Part shown: in pieces, positions 37,386 to 50,126 of the stretch
Layout of the letters: each line of letters starts with the position of its first letter
How positions within the stretch are numbered: position 1 is the stretch's first letter
From: Macrostomum hystrix
Taxonomy: Eukaryota; Animalia; Platyhelminthes
Direction: 5' to 3'
Assembly (NCBI GenBank): GCA_950097015.1
Contig: CATNEN010000038.1
Span: 7,502,001 to 7,566,000 of the forward strand
DNA length: 64,000 nucleotides
Notes under the pieces: generated by a model
The model's input: the letters and a program-made list of their open reading frames with translations, nothing else
Databases searched by the model: none
Told to the model about the DNA's origin: nothing
Program-made: the position numbers and the translations under genes

Positions 37386-40300
37386 ATGGTTCGACGCGGC
37401 GCAAGCAGTTTAAAGAAAAGCCGCGATGCCAAGCGACGGCGACAAGCTGAATCCGAGGCTGAGCGGGCTGCCCGACTGGAGGAACAGCGGCAGCGAGATG
37501 CTCAGCGCAGAGAGGCTGAGACCGAGGCTGAGCGGGCTGCCCGACTGGAGGAACAGCGGCAGCGGGATGCTCAGCGCAGAGATGCTGAGACTGAGGCAGA
37601 GCGAGCTGCCCGACTGGAGGAACAGCGGCAGCGGGATGCTCAACGCAGAGAGGCCGAGACCGAGGCTGAGCGGGCTGCCCGACTGGAGGAACAGCGGCAG
37701 CGGGTTGCTCAACGCAGAGATGCTGAGACTGAGGCAGAGCGAGCTGCCCGACTGCAAGCCGAGCAGATTCGTCGCCGTGGAGCTTTGGTTTCCACGTGAG
37801 TTTTATGAGGCTCTATAAAATAACGTTGCATAACATAATTATGGTTTTATTTAGTTTTGTCAAAATCGCCTCATAAGTGTTGATTTTTGCTGTAGATTTG
37901 AGTAATTTAACCTGCAGTCCAACAATTGGTTTAAAAAGTCTGTAAATGCAGTCTGTGCTTTATTTTCACTGCATTGCCAACTTAGGTCGGACACCCAGCA
38001 GCAAGGTACGGAAAATATTGTACCCTTTGAGCAGTTGCAGGTAATCCCTATTATTGGTGATGGCAATTGCTTCTTTTATGCTGTGTGTGATCAGCTGCGT
38101 GGAACCTCGCTGGAAACTGACGCAGCCTCCCTGCGGCAGGACTTGTCTTGCCGTGTTGCAGAACTCATGCCACAGTTGGTTGCAGATGGCCTCATCGCAG
38201 CTGAGAATGCTGATGACATTGTGAATTCCTCTTTTCAAACAGGAACTTATGTTTCAGACGAAGTTGCCTCTTTGTTTAGCCGCTGCTTTAATGTGGACCT
38301 GGTCATTTACCAGGCCAATGGTAATGTGATGCAGTATTTCAGGGCTAATATGCACCCTCCTAATGCCATTGTGCGCGTGCTCTTGCGCCATGAACATTAC
38401 GAGTCACTGAGACTTCGAGAGCCTTTGCAAGCCTTTACAGATGCCGAGTTTTAAGCCTGGCAGCAAGCAGAACTCCTGCCAAGAGGGCCAAGAAAGCCAA
38501 GGGCCCGAGATCGATGCCAGCTGACAGCCCCAGCTCATGTGCTGACACTGGAGCACAGGCTGAGCAGATGTGAGTAACTTGCTTTTGTTATTTTGCATTT
38601 ATCTGTTTAAATCAGCTTAATCTGCTGACACAAATAAATCACTAGCATGGAAAGCAAGGTCAATCAAATCAATGTACCCTCTTAATAAACTCTGCTCAAC
38701 CCCTACTCAAACCCGGCTCACAGGCATGCCGAGCCGGTGATGCCAGAAGCCCCGGCTCACCAATGCGGCCCAATGAACAGCGCCTGTAATGACTGCGGCG
38801 CCCTGCTGTGGGCCAAGGAGACGAGCAATTTCTGCTGCGCCAAGGGCAAGGTGAAGCTGCCCACCCGTTCCGTGCCGCAGGTCCTGGCAGATCTGTACAC
38901 GGGGCAGCACCGCCTCAGTGGAGAGTTCCTGGCTAACATCCGGAGCTACAACTCTGTGCTGCACCTGACATCTCTGGGTGCGAAGCTCAGACTGGTGCCT
39001 GGCTGGAGTCCCAGCTTCATCATCAGCGGCCAGCTGCATCACAGTATGGGGCCGCTGCTTGCCGACACCTCAGCCGTGCCGCATGGCTGGCAGGTGTACT
39101 TCACGGACCGCGAGCTGGAGAGCCGCCTGAGCCTCAGCCAGAAGGTGAAGCCGGAGCTGCTGGAGCTGCTGCAAACTGTGCTGCACGAGTGCAACGGCTA
39201 TGTGCAGAGCCTGCGAGCTGCTGCTCAGCGGATCAGTGGCGACCCTGAGCTGGGAGATGCGCGAATTGTGATTCACCCGGACCGAAGACCAGCTGGGGAG
39301 CACATTCGGTGAGTGAGCTGTGTTATGGAGCTGCTGTTTGGGATAACTGGGATAAAGATCCTATTTCGCCTGCACTTATATTGTTCATTCTGTGCAGTTG
39401 ATTCTGTGAAGTACCTGCAATTCAATTCCTGTTCATTCCCAGGCGTTACAATCTCCCTACTGCCAATGAGGTTGGCATCCTGGTTGTCGGTGGTTTCGAG
39501 GACGCACCGACAAGCCGTGACGTTGTGATCCGACTGCGCGGAGGCGAAGTCCAGCGCATATCCGAGACCCACCGGTCCTACGACCCTCTGGAGTACGTGC
39601 TGCTGTTCCCGAATGGCGAGGACGGCTGGCACCCGGAGCTGCAGATGGCGAATGGGCGGAAGCTAACGCCCATGAAGTACTACGCCAGCGAAATCATGGT
39701 CCGAGCTGGCCAGTTCAACGTGCTGCACCACGGCAGGCGCCTCTTCCAGCAGTACCTGGTAGACATGGCTGCCAAGATCGAGTCCGAGAGGCTGCTGTAC
39801 CTGCGCACTCATCAGAACGACCTGCGCAGCGAGACCTACAGCGGCCTGCGAGACGCTCTGTTCGCTGCTGATGGCAGGAGCACCGAGAGAGACCCCAATG
39901 AGATTGGTAAGCCTGCCCATGTGTACCTGTCTTCCAGCTTTGTAGGTGGACCCAGGTACCTGATGGAGCGGCTGCAAGATGCAATGGCCTACGTGCACAA
40001 GTTCGGCAAGCCGGACCTGTTTGTCACAGCCACGTGCAATCCGAGGTGGCCGGAGATCAGCGTGCAGCTGCTGCCCGGTCAGCGGGCAGAGGACCGCCCG
40101 GACATTGTGACTCGAGTCTTTGAACTGAAGAAAAAGGCTCTGCTTGAAGTGCTCAGGAAGCGCTTTGGCAAGGAGGCTGCGCATGTGTGCTCCTTGGAGT
40201 ACCAGAAGCGCGGTGAGTAAAAGCAGATTTTCATGCAGACATTGGCAATATTAACAGCCTGGAATAACGAGTCCGCATGCTTTTATCAACTCGCCTCAGG

Positions 40301-43300
40301 CCTTCCCCATGTGCACTTCCTGCTCTGGCTGGCGAACGGGAGTCGAGTCACCCCGGATCGCTACGATGCCATCGTGTCTGCGGAGATCCCAGACCCACAG
40401 CGGCAGCCAGTGCTGCACGAGCTGGTCAAGACCCACATGATCCACGGGCCGTGTGGCGAGCTGAACCCGGCCTGCCCTTGCATGGAGAACGGCAAGTGCA
40501 GCAAGAGCTTCCCGAAGGACTTCCAGCCGGTGACGCTGACGAGCGACAGCGGCTATCCGTTCTACAGGAGGCGCTCCCCTGAGATGGGAGGCTTCACGGT
40601 GGACAAACTGTTCAAGGGTCGCAGCATCCGAATGGACAACAGGTGAGTCAGTAGCTGCGTGGCCATAGCATTTCTGTGCTCTGCAAGCCGCTGCTTCCCT
40701 CCAATCACCAGGTGGGTGGTGCCATACAACCCTGACCTGCTGCTCCAGTTCGCATGCCACTTGAACATAGAAGTTTGTGCCACTGTCAAGTCTGTCAAGT
40801 ACGTGATCAAGTACTTGATGAAGAATGGCGACATGGCGGTTTTCAAAGTCGCCGCCGCCGCAGGAGCTGCTGAAGCTCAGCCGAGTGCTCCACCTGAGCA
40901 GCCGGAGAAGCCCCGTGATGAAATTTCCGACTACCTGTCTGCACGCTACATTGGTCCGATGGAAGCTGTAAACACCATCTTGGCCTTTGAGGTAATTGCT
41001 CTGCTCTGCTGTGACGTAATCTGTGCTTTTAGTACTGCATTTAGTCTTGTCAGCAGCTCTGATGCTCAAAAAAATATCCTCACCTTTGCCCAGGTGCACA
41101 ACAGGTTCCCAGCGGTCATCCGACTCTGCGTGCACAAGTCGGAAGAGCAGCGCGTGTACTTCAACGAGCAGACCGCGGGCGCCAAAGCAAAGGCGCCACG
41201 AGACTCGACACTGACGGCCTTCTTTAAGCTGTGCCGCACTGACGAGTTTGCCCGCCTGCTACTCTACACAGAGGTGCCCGCCTTCTTCGTGTGGCACCCG
41301 AGTGCGAGAGAGTGGCGTCGAGCCAAGCAGGGCGTCGATGTCGAAGGACATCCCGGCGTGAAGCGCAACACCAACATTGCGCGGATGTACACGGTCAGTC
41401 CTAGAGCTGGTGACCTGTTCTACCTGCGGCTGCTGCTGCTGCACGTGCGAGGACCGACCAGCTTCGAGTCGCTGCAGACCGTGGCCGGCGTGCATTGTGC
41501 CAGCGCCAAGGCCGCTTGCATGGCTCTCGGCCTGCTGCAGCGCGATGATCACTGGCATCGCTGCATGACTGAGGCTGTCCAGAGCCGAATGCCGCGAGCT
41601 CTGAGGCACCTGCTGGCTGTCGTCCTCATCTGGGGCGAGCCAGACGACGGCGCTGATCTGTGGAGCAGGTTTGCTGAGGATCTTTGCGAAGACCTGCGCT
41701 TCCACCAACCGGACCTGAGCGCCGAGGAAGTCAGCGACCTGGCTCTGCGGGAGCTGCAGAGCATGCTGACGTCAATGGGCGGCCGCAGTCTGCAAGAGTA
41801 CGGACTGCCTGCTGCCTCTGCAATGCCGCAAGTCGGGCCGCTGCAGTTTGACACGGTCGAACAGGCGGAGATCACCGAGATGCGGCTGCCAATGCTCACG
41901 GCCGAGCAGATGGCCATCTACGAGGCTGTGACTGCGGATCTTGTCGCTGGTTCGGGCGGCCTGCATTTCATTGACGCTCCTGCAGGCACTGGCAAGACCT
42001 TCCTGCTGGAGGTTTTGCTGGCGTTTGTGCGGAGTCGAGGGGAAGTCGCCCTGGCTGTTGCGTCGTCTGGAATCGCAGCCACCCTGCTGCCAGGCGGACA
42101 GACAGCGCATTCAACGTGAGTTTTGTAATGGAAATCAAATTCACACTTAATGTTCTCCTGCTCATTCAGTCTCAATCTACATTTTTCGCCAGGTTCAAGA
42201 TCCCAGTGCGGCTGGTTCGCTCTGACAAGGACGTGTGTTCTGTCCGAGCGCAGTCTAAGCTGGCCGCAGTCTTTCGCACTGTGCGGCTGATCGTCTGGGA
42301 CGAGATTTCCATGACAAACCGGAAGGACCTGGAGGCTGTCGACCGCAGTCTGCGAGACCTGCGGAAGCAGGACTGCCCGTTTGGCGGAATCGTCGTGGTC
42401 TGCGCTGGAGACTTTCGCCAGCTGCTGCCGGTGGTGAAAAATGGCACGCGCGCTAACAACATCCTGGCGTGTGTGAGCAAGTCCCCGCTGTGGTCTTTGT
42501 TCCGGAGGCACCGCCTATCCAAGAACATCCGGCTGCAGAGCTGTGCTGATGCTGAGCTGTACCATCGCTATATGCAGCTGCTCATGCAGGTAAGCTTTGT
42601 TCTTGCTGTTTTTAGATAACCTCACAGTCTGCAGTTCTCGTGCATTTACCTGCGAACCCCACACAGATCGGCTCTGGGGTAGCCGATCAGTCAGACGACA
42701 CGGTCTGCCTTCCTGCCAAGATCATCATTCCGACGGAGGCACCGCTGTCCGAGCTGATCCAGTTCGTGTACCCTTCGTTCGAGGCGTCAGCGGAGCGCGA
42801 CGGCTACTTTGCCAGCCGAGCCATCCTGGCGCCCTACAATGATGCTGTTGACGCGATCAACAACGAGTGCCTGGCCATGTTCCCAGGCCAACTGCGCGAG
42901 TATCGCTCAGTGGACAGCGTGGCTGACGAGGAAGCGGCCACGCACTTTCCTTCGGAGCTGCTGAATCAGCTGGATGCTCCGAACTTCCCTTCTCACCTGC
43001 TGAAGCTCAAGGTGGGCATGCCGCTGGTTCTGCTGCGGAATCTGAATCCGCCACGGCTGTGCAACGGCACCCGGCTGATCATCCTGGAGCTGGGCGAGAA
43101 TGTGCTGCGCTGCAAAGTCGCTGCCGGCCAGTTCACTGGAGATGAGATCCTGCTGCCGCGGATTCCACTGGTGCCCAACAATGCTGACCTGCCAGTCTGC
43201 TTCAAGCGGCTGCAGTTCCCAGTCAAGCCGAGCTTCTGCCTGACGATCCACAAGTCGCAGGGCCAGTCGCTCGACACCGTGGGCATCGACCTGGCTGTCG

Positions 43301-43425
43301 GCTGCTTCGCCCACGGCCAGCTGTACACGGCACTGTCCCGGGCCAAGAATGTCGACAGCGTGCGCGTCCGGATCTCCGGTGAGCGGACGAGAAATGTCGT
43401 GTACCCTGAGGTACTGAGTGACTGA
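37386..43425 (+). CDS. Helitron RepHel transposase (STPR-like repeats, Zn-binding motif, HUH Rep, Pif1 helicase)
   Basis: Exons 37386-37795, 38441-38569, 38724-39308, 39443-40212, 40300-40642, 40712-40991, 41094-42115, 42193-42589, 42667-43425. Motifs CNDCGA...FCCAKG, RRYNLPTANEV, GKPDLFVTATCNP, EYQKRGLPHVH, KYVIKYLMK, APAGTGKT, WDEISM, GDFRQLLPV, TIHKSQGQS, GQLYTALSR. Confidence 0.93.
37986..38454 (+). CDS. OTU-family cysteine protease/deubiquitinase exon of the Helitron
   Basis: IIGDGNCFFYAV (catalytic Asp/Cys) ... HEHYESL (His); in frame with the STPR exon via the acceptor at 37985; stop at 38452-38454. Confidence 0.85.
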
Positions 43426-43649
43426 ACCTGGGCATCACAAGTGGAGCCACCTGATATGTGAATGGTGTTTAACACCATGGGCCTATGGAAGGCATATCAG
43501 TTCAAATCCTGTTACAGTGGCACCAAAAACCTTTAAAACAAGTGCACCACCATAGTTAAAGCCATTTAGTCAGATTATTACCAGCCAAAAGCTGAAGCAT
43601 ATAAAAACTAGCACCTAAAATATAATAATTTTCGTTAAAGACAATTCAA

Positions 43650-43900
43650 TGCAGATATATTATGGCTAAAAATAATTTAGCATTTCATGTGCGAAAATTG
43701 CAAGCAAAAGCTTGAAAAAAATTAAGACAAATATAGATTAGCTAGAAATAATTTAGCATTTTATGTGCGAAACTTGCAAGCAAAAGCTTGAAAAGAAAAT
43801 TAGACAAATATAGATTAGCTAGAAATAATTGAGCATTTCATTTGCGAAAATTGCAAGCAAAAGCTTGAAAATAAAATTTAGACAAATACAGATTAGCATT
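43650..43900. repeat. ~76-bp unit x3 in the Helitron 3' region (plus a ~110-bp duplication, 44160-44270 / 44410-44520)
   Basis: Direct reading (gcgaaaattgcaagcaaaagcttgaaaa recurs). Confidence 0.8.
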
Positions 43901-44759
43901 GTAAGGTTTCGTGCCACTGTAGTGAGAGCAGGTTGGCTGCATAGTGTTGGCCCTGAGAAGCAGTTGAAAAGTACATGTTCGCTACTTTCATGATCCATAC
44001 TTTCTTCTGCTTAAACTGGAGAGACTATGCAGCCATGGTCTGAAGTAGCCTTAGCAGACCTGTAGGCTCCTTGTGATGCTTAATTCGAGAGTAAACAGCT
44101 GTTCCCAGCTGCTGAGTGTGCTGAGTGCATTGCTTAGCCCCCATGCATGTCTCCCACGATGCGGAGTTGAAGCCAGCAAGCAGAAAGACTGACACCTGAG
44201 AATAGATCCATTTGATCAAACTGTGCAGGGTTTCTGGTCTTGCTGGTGGCAAACTCTGCAGAAGCATCTGCCCAACCCCCACCTCACTACTGTTTTTATT
44301 GTCACTGATATATGTGAGAATGAGTTTGCAGTTATTAACTGGCTTAAAGTGGATTGATTGCTTAATTTCTTAAATTTTACTATTATTGACTTCTCAAATT
44401 CATTCTCTCATGCGGACTTGAAGCCAGCAAGCAGAAAGACTGACACCTGAGAATAGATCCAGTTGATCAAACTGTGCAGGGTTTCTGGTCTTGCTGGTGG
44501 CGATTTCTGCAGATGCATCTGAATCAGCACCTAAATCAGTATATATTTGGACAAGGTAAAGGACAAAGGAGCATCAATAAAAGAGATTTTATTTTATTTC
44601 ATTTTATTAGGTCGTCAATAAAAATTTACATTTTTTGTTTGTTTAAACACTGAACTTCGTTAGCTGCTATAAATTTTTTTATTGACTAACCAAAATTGTT
44701 TCATAATTGCAAAGTTGCCTTTACGTTTAAGCTCCCCAAAGGGGGGCACAAATTGCTAG

Positions 44760-47700
44760 TCTAATATACTAAAAATGAAAATCTTGCTTGCTTGCTTGTA
44801 ATTGATTTTCTCCCGAACGGCTCAACCGATTTTCACAATTTCTTCACCAAAAGATGCCAAATATGGGGACACATATACACGTATTTTTATTAAGCTTAAT
44901 TCCATTGCCAAGGGGATTAAATATTCGAAAAACAGTTTTAAATAGGCTTTTCTAATGCATTCTTGTTTTCAGCTTGTGCACAGTGAGGCTCCAGTGCCAA
45001 CTTTAATGATTGCATCAGAGCCAGTTTTGATAACGAACTGATAAGAACTCCAGTGAGGCTACCCAGAGGGTAGCGAAGGCAGCTAGTCTTAATATACTAA
45101 AAATGAAAATCTTGCTTGCTTGCTTGTAATTGATTTTCTCCCGAACGGCTCAACCGATTTTCACAATTTCTTCACCAAAAGATGCCAAATATGGGGACAC
45201 ATATACACGTATTTTTATTAAGCTTAATTCCATTGCCAAGGGGATTAAATATTCGAAAAACAGTTTTAAATAGGCTTTTCTAATGCATTCTTGTTTTCAG
45301 CTTGTGCACAGTGAGGCTCCAGTGCCAATTTTAATGATTGCATCAGAGCCAGTTTTGATAACGAACTGATAAGAACTCAAAGGGAGGCTACCCAGAGGGT
45401 AGCGAAGGCAGCTAGTCTATTATACTAAAAATGAAAATCTTGCTTGCTTGCTTGTTTGCAATCGACTAGCTCCCGAACGGCTCAACCGATTTTCAAAATT
45501 CCTTCGCCAAAAGATCACAAATGGGCCGGAATCGGTACACGTATTTTTATTAAGCTTAATTTCATTGCCAAGGGGATTAAATATTCGAAAAACTGTTTTA
45601 AATAGGCTTTTCTAATGCATTCTTGTTTTCAGCTTGTGCACAGTGAGGCCTCCAGTGCCAATTTTAATGATTGCATCAGAGCCAGTTTTGATAACGAACT
45701 GATAAGAACTCCAGTGAGGCTACCCAGAGGGTAGCGAAGGCAGCTAGTCTTAATATACTAAAAATGAAAATCTTGCTTGCTTGCTTGTAATTGATTTTCT
45801 CCCGAACGGCTCAACCGATTTTCACAATTTCTTCACCAAAAGATGCCAAATATGGGGACACATATACACGTATTTTTATTAAGCTTAATTCCATTGCCAA
45901 GGGGATTAAATATTCGAAAAACAGTTTTAAATAGGCTTTTCTAATGCATTCTTGTTTTCAGCTTGTGCACAGTGAGGCTCCAGTGCCAATTTTAATGATT
46001 GCATCAGAGCCAGTTTTGATAACGAACTGATAAGAACTCAAAGGGAGGCTACCCAGAGGGTAGCGAAGGCAGCTAGTCTATTATACTAAAAATGAAAATC
46101 TTGCTTGCTTGCTTGTTTGCAATCGACTAGCTCCCGAACGGCTCAACCGATTTTCAAAATTCCTTCGCCAAAAGATCACAAATGGGCCGGAATCGGTACA
46201 CGTATTTTTATTAAGCTTAATTTCATTGCCAAGGGGATTAAATATTCGAAAAACTGTTTTAAATAGGCTTTTCTAATGCATTCTTGTTTTCAGCTTGTGC
46301 ACAGTGAGGCCTCCAGTGCCAATTTTAATGATTGCATCAGAGCCAGTTTTGATAACGAACTGATAAGAACTCCAGTGAGGCTACCCAGAGGGTAGCGAAG
46401 GCAGATATACTAAAAATGAAAATCTTGCTTGCTTGCTTGTAATTGATTTTCTCCCGAACGGCTCAACCGATTTTTCACAATTTCTTCACCAAAAGATGCC
46501 AAATATGGGGACACATATACACGTATTTTTATTAAGCTTAATTCCATTGCCAAGGGGATTAAATATTCGAAAAACAGTTTTAAATAGGCTTTTCTAATGC
46601 ATTCTTGTTTTCAGCTTGTGCACAGTGAGGCTCCAGTGCCAATTTTAATGATTGCATCAGAGCCAGTTTTGATAACGAACTGATAAGAACTCACAGGGAG
46701 GCTACCCAGAGGGTAGCGAAGGCAGCTAGTCTTCTCTAATATACTAAAAATGAAAATCTTGCTTGCTTGCTTGCTTGCTTGTATGTTTGCAATCGACTAG
46801 CTCCCGAACGGCTCAACCGATTTTCGCAATTCCTTCGCTAAAAGATCACAATTGGTCCCGAATCGGTACACGTATTTTTATTAAGCTTAATTCCATTGCC
46901 AAGGGGATTAAATATTCGAAAAACTGTTTTAAATAGGCTTTTCTAGTGCATTCTTGTTTTCAGCTTGTGCACAGTGAGGCCTCCAGTGCCAAATTTAATG
47001 ATTGCATCAGAGCCAGTTTTGATAACGCACGCGCGTACTGATAAGAACTCACAGGGAGGCTACCCAGAGGGTAGCGAAGGCAGCTAGTCTTCTAATATAC
47101 TAAAAATGAAAATCTTGTATGTTTGTTTGCAATCGACTAGCTCCCGAACGGCTCAACCGATTTTCGAAATTCTTTCACTAAAAGATCGCAATTGGGCTGG
47201 AATCGGTACACGTATTTTTATTAAGCTTAATTCCATTGCCAAGGGGATTAAATATTCGAAAAACAGTTTTAAATAGGCTTTTCTAATGCATTCTTGTTTT
47301 CAGCTTGTGCACAGTGAGGCTCCAGTGCCAATTTTAATGATTGCATCAGAGCCAGTTTTGATAACGCACTGATAAGAACTCCAGTGAGGCTACCCAGAGG
47401 GTAGCGAAGGGCAGCTAGTCTAATATACTAAAAATGAAAATCTTGTATGTTTGTATGTTTGCAATCGACTAGCTCTCGAACGGCTCAACCGATTTTCACA
47501 ATTCCTTCGCCAAAAGATCACAATTGGGCCGGAATCGGTACACGTATTTTTATTAAGCTTAATTCCATTGGCAAGGGGATTAAATATTCGAAAAACAGTT
47601 TTAAATAGGCTTTTCTAATGCATTCTTGTTTTCAGCTTGTGCACAGTGAGGCCTCCAGTGCCAATTTTAATGATTGCATCAGAGCCAGTTTTGATAACGA

Positions 47701-50126
47701 ACTGATAAGAACTCACAGGGAGGCTACCCAGAGGGTAGCGAAGGCAGCTAGTCTAATATACTAAAAATGAAAATCTTGCTTGCTTGTATGTTTGTATGTT
47801 TGTATGTTTGCAATCGACTAGCTCCCGAACGGCTCAACCGATTTTCACAATTCCTTCGCCAAAAGATCACAAATGGGCCCGAATCGGTACACGTATTTTT
47901 ATTAAGCTTAATTCCATTGCCAAGGGGATTAAATATTCGAAAAACAGTTTTAAATAGGCTTTTCTAATGCATTCTTGTTTTCAGCTTGTGCACAGTGAGG
48001 CCTCCAGTGCCAATTTTAATGATTGCATCAGAGCCAGTTTTGATAACGAACTGATAAGAACTCACAGGGAGGCTACCCAGAGGGTAGCGAAGGCAGCTAG
48101 TCTAATATACTAAAAATGAAAATCTTGCTTGCTTGTATGTTTGCAATCGACTAGCTCCCGAACGGCTCAACCGATTTTCTAAATTCTTTCACTAAAAGAT
48201 CGCAAATGGGCCGGAATCGGTACACGTAATTTTATTAAGCTTAATTCCATTGCCAAGGGGATTAAATATTCGAAAAACAGTTTTAAATAGGCTTTTCTAA
48301 TGCATTCTTGTTTACAGCTTGTGCACAGTGAGGCCTCCAGTGCCAATTTTAATGATTGCATCAGAGCCAGTTTTGATAACGCACTGATAAGAACTCCAGT
48401 GAGGCTACCCAGAGGGTAGCGAAGGCAGCTAGTCTAATATACTAAAAATGAAAATCTTGCTTGCTTGCTTGCTTGTTTGCAATCGACTAGCTCCCGAACG
48501 GCTCAACCGATTTTCACAATTCCTTCGCCAAAAGATCACAAATGGGCCGGAATCGGTACACGTAATTTTATTAAGCTTAATTCCATTGCCAAGGGGATTA
48601 AATATTCGAAAAACTGTTTTAAATAGGCTTTTCTAATGCATTCTTGTTTACAGCTTGTGCACAGTGAGGCCTCCAGTGCCAATTTTAATGATTGCATCAG
48701 AGCCAGTTTTGATAACGAACTGATAAGAACTCCAGTGAGGCTACCCAGAGGGTAGCGAAGGCAGCTAGTCTAATATACTAAAAATGAAAATCTTGCTTGC
48801 TTGTTCGTAATTGATTTTCTCCCGAACGGCTCAACCAATTTTCACCATTTCTTCACCAAAAGATGCCAAATATGGGGACACATATACACGTATTTTTATT
48901 AAGCTTAATTCCATTGCCAAGGGGATTAAATATTCGAAAAACAGTTTTAAATAGGCTTTTCTAATGCATTCTTGTTTTCAGCTTGTGCACAGTGAGGCCT
49001 CCAGTGCCAATTTTAATGATTGCATCAGAGCCAGTTTTGATAACGCACGCGCGTACTGATAAGAACTCACAGGGAGGCTACCCAGAGGGTAGCGAAGGCA
49101 GCTAGTCTAATATACTAAAAATGAAAATCTTGTTTGTATGTTTGTATGTTTGTATGTTTGCAATCGACTAGCTCCCGAACGGCTCAACCGATTTTCACAA
49201 TTCCTTCGCCAAAAGATCACAAATGGGCCGGAATCGGTACACGTATTTTTATTAAGCTTAATTCCATTGCCAAGGGGATTAAATATTCGAAAAACTGTTT
49301 TAAATAGGCTTTTCTAATGCATTCTTGTTTTCAGCTTGTGCACAGTGAGGCTCCAGTGCCAATTTTTATGATTGCATCAGAGCCAGTTTTGATAACGAAC
49401 TGATAAGAACTCAATGGAGGCTACCCAGAGGGTAGCGAAGGCAGCTAGTCTTCTTATATACTAAAAATGAAAATCTTGCTTGTATGTTTGTTTGCAATCG
49501 ACTAGCTCCCGAACGGCTCAACCGATTTTCAAAATTCCTTCGCCAAAAGATCACAAATGGGCCGGAATCGGTACACGTAATTTTATTAAGCTTAATTCCA
49601 TTGGCAAGGGGATTAAATATTCGAAAAACAGTTTTAAATAGGCTTTTCTAATGCATTCTTGTTTTCAGCTTGTGCACAGTGAGGCCTCCAGTGCCAATTT
49701 TAATGATTGCATCAGAGCCAGTTTTGATAACGCACGCGCGTACTGATAAGAACTCACAGGGAGGCTACCCAGAGGGTAGCGAAGGCAGCTAGTAATATAC
49801 TAAAAATGAAAATCTTGCTTGCTTGTTTGCAATCGACTAGCTCCCGAACGGCTTAACCGATTTTCACAATTCCTTCGCCAAAAGATCACAATTGGGCCGG
49901 AATCGGTACACGTAATTTTATTAAGCTTAATTCCATTGCAGAGGGGATTAAATATTCGAAAAACAGTTTTAAATAGGCTTTTCTAATGCATTCTTGTTTT
50001 CAGCTTGTGCACAGTGAGGCTCCAGTGCCAATTTTAATGATTGCATCAGAGCCAGTTTTGATAACGCACGCGCGTACTGATAAGAACTCACAGGGAGGCT
50101 ACCCAGAGGGTAGCGAAGGCAGCTAG
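44760..50126 (+). mobile_element. 16 head-to-tail ~330-bp non-autonomous Helitrons
   Basis: Unit starts 44760, 45087, 45416, 45748, 46077, 46405, 46730, 47088, 47419, 47752, 48101, 48433, 48769, 49106, 49449, 49793. Units share the autonomous element's ...ATACTAAAAATGAAAA 5' end and end with hairpin gctacccagagggtagc + gaaggcagCTAG; one junction (46404/46405) has lost CTAG and TC. Confidence 0.92.

Larger units (their letters stand above)
35372..44759 (+). mobile_element. Autonomous Helitron (~9.4 kb)
   Basis: A|TCTTCTAATATACTAAAA 5' end; 3' hairpin gctccccaaaggggggc followed by ...ttgCTAG; encodes RepHel. Confidence 0.93.

Noticed and set aside
38707-43478. Numerous antisense and alternate-frame ORFs over RepHel (likewise over the TRP gene)
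   Set aside because: Shadow ORFs of GC-rich coding sequence with no recognisable motifs.
44760-50126. CRISPR-like appearance of the regular array
   Set aside because: Units are ~330-bp near-copies with Helitron termini; there are no unique spacers and no cas genes, and the context is eukaryotic.
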